DNA of 64,000 nt from the human T2T-CHM13v2.0 reference genome, Homo sapiens. Of the stretch, positions 63,391 through 64,000 are shown piece after piece (position 1 is the stretch's first letter; every line of letters begins with the position of its first letter). The DNA lies in assembly GCF_009914755.1 (NCBI RefSeq), contig NC_060946.1. One strand, given 5' to 3'. The translations under genes were made by a program, and so were the position numbers. The notes below the pieces were generated by a model. It made no database searches. It was given only the letters and a program-made list of their open reading frames with translations, and was not told where the DNA came from.

Positions 63391-64000
63391 TGAAACAGGA
63401 AGGGTTCCCTGGTTACCCCGCGCAGGGCGCAGGGCATGCAGCGGGGGAGTGGCTCGCTTCTTCAGTGCCCCACCGCTCACACCTCTAGGGGAGCATACAG
63501 ACGGGCAGGCTGTGGGGCTCTGACCCCATGGCAGTGTCTGGGGGTGAATGTTTACAGCTCTTGAAACCCCAGTGGGAGTGCGTTACCGGGTGGTCTTTTA
63601 GTCTAGCGGTCTGTAGGTGGCTGGTGAGAGTGAGCTCAATTAGACCCCTGCCTTATAACAAGGACAGAGGAATTTCTGTATCCCAGGGTTTCTTGCCTTG
63701 GTGTACCAAAAAATTGGATCACACGTGGGCTTGGAGAATGAGTGCAAGGTTTTATTGAGTGGAAGTAGCTCTCAGCAGATGGGGGAGCCAGAGGGGAGAT
63801 GGTTTTCCCCTGGAGTCAGGCAACATTCTCGGGATGTCCAGCAGCTTGTCTTCTTCCACCAGTGTGTTCCTCTCCCCACACAGAGGCTTCTGTCTCTGCC
63901 TTGCTAGGGTCTTGGGTTTTTATAGGCATAGGATGGAGGCATGGCAGGCCAGGGTGGTCTTGGGAAATGCAACATTTGGGCAGGAAATGCCTGTCCTCAC
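63391..64000 (-). mobile_element. Second LTR1-like ERV1 LTR, antisense, runs past the window end
   Basis: Reverse complement aligns with 48220-48901 (CACACGTGGGCTTGGAGAATGAGTGCAAGGTTTTATTGA; GGGCAGGAAATGCCTGTCCTCAC). 3' terminus TGAAACAGGA at 63391; TATA at 63917-63924 (-); AATAAA at 63751-63756 (-). Confidence 0.85.

Overview
GC-rich human genomic DNA, recognisable as 22q11.21 (the DiGeorge/VCFS deletion interval). Bases 1-5040 hold the 3' end of ZDHHC8 (+): a large penultimate coding exon and two alternative terminal coding exons, one ending in the PDZ ligand YEISV and one lacking it. A complete nine-exon CCDC188 gene (-, 402 aa, coiled-coil plus C-terminal TM) converges on it at 5649-8027. 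The remaining ~55 kb is non-coding. It holds about 17 Alus, an L1MA 3' end, MIRs, two inverted ERV1 (LTR1-like) LTRs, several minisatellites, a ~3.1 kb (CAC/CAT/TAC)n array and AT-rich motif-dense islands that look like enhancers. I found no prokaryote-style novel system. The most unusual items are one L1 target site reused by three successive retrotransposon insertions, a ~190 bp dispersed duplication that keeps TF motifs, the giant triplet array, a possibly LTR-driven antisense lncRNA, and a KASH-like topology in CCDC188. Almost all ORFs in the supplied track are GC-content or repeat artefacts.
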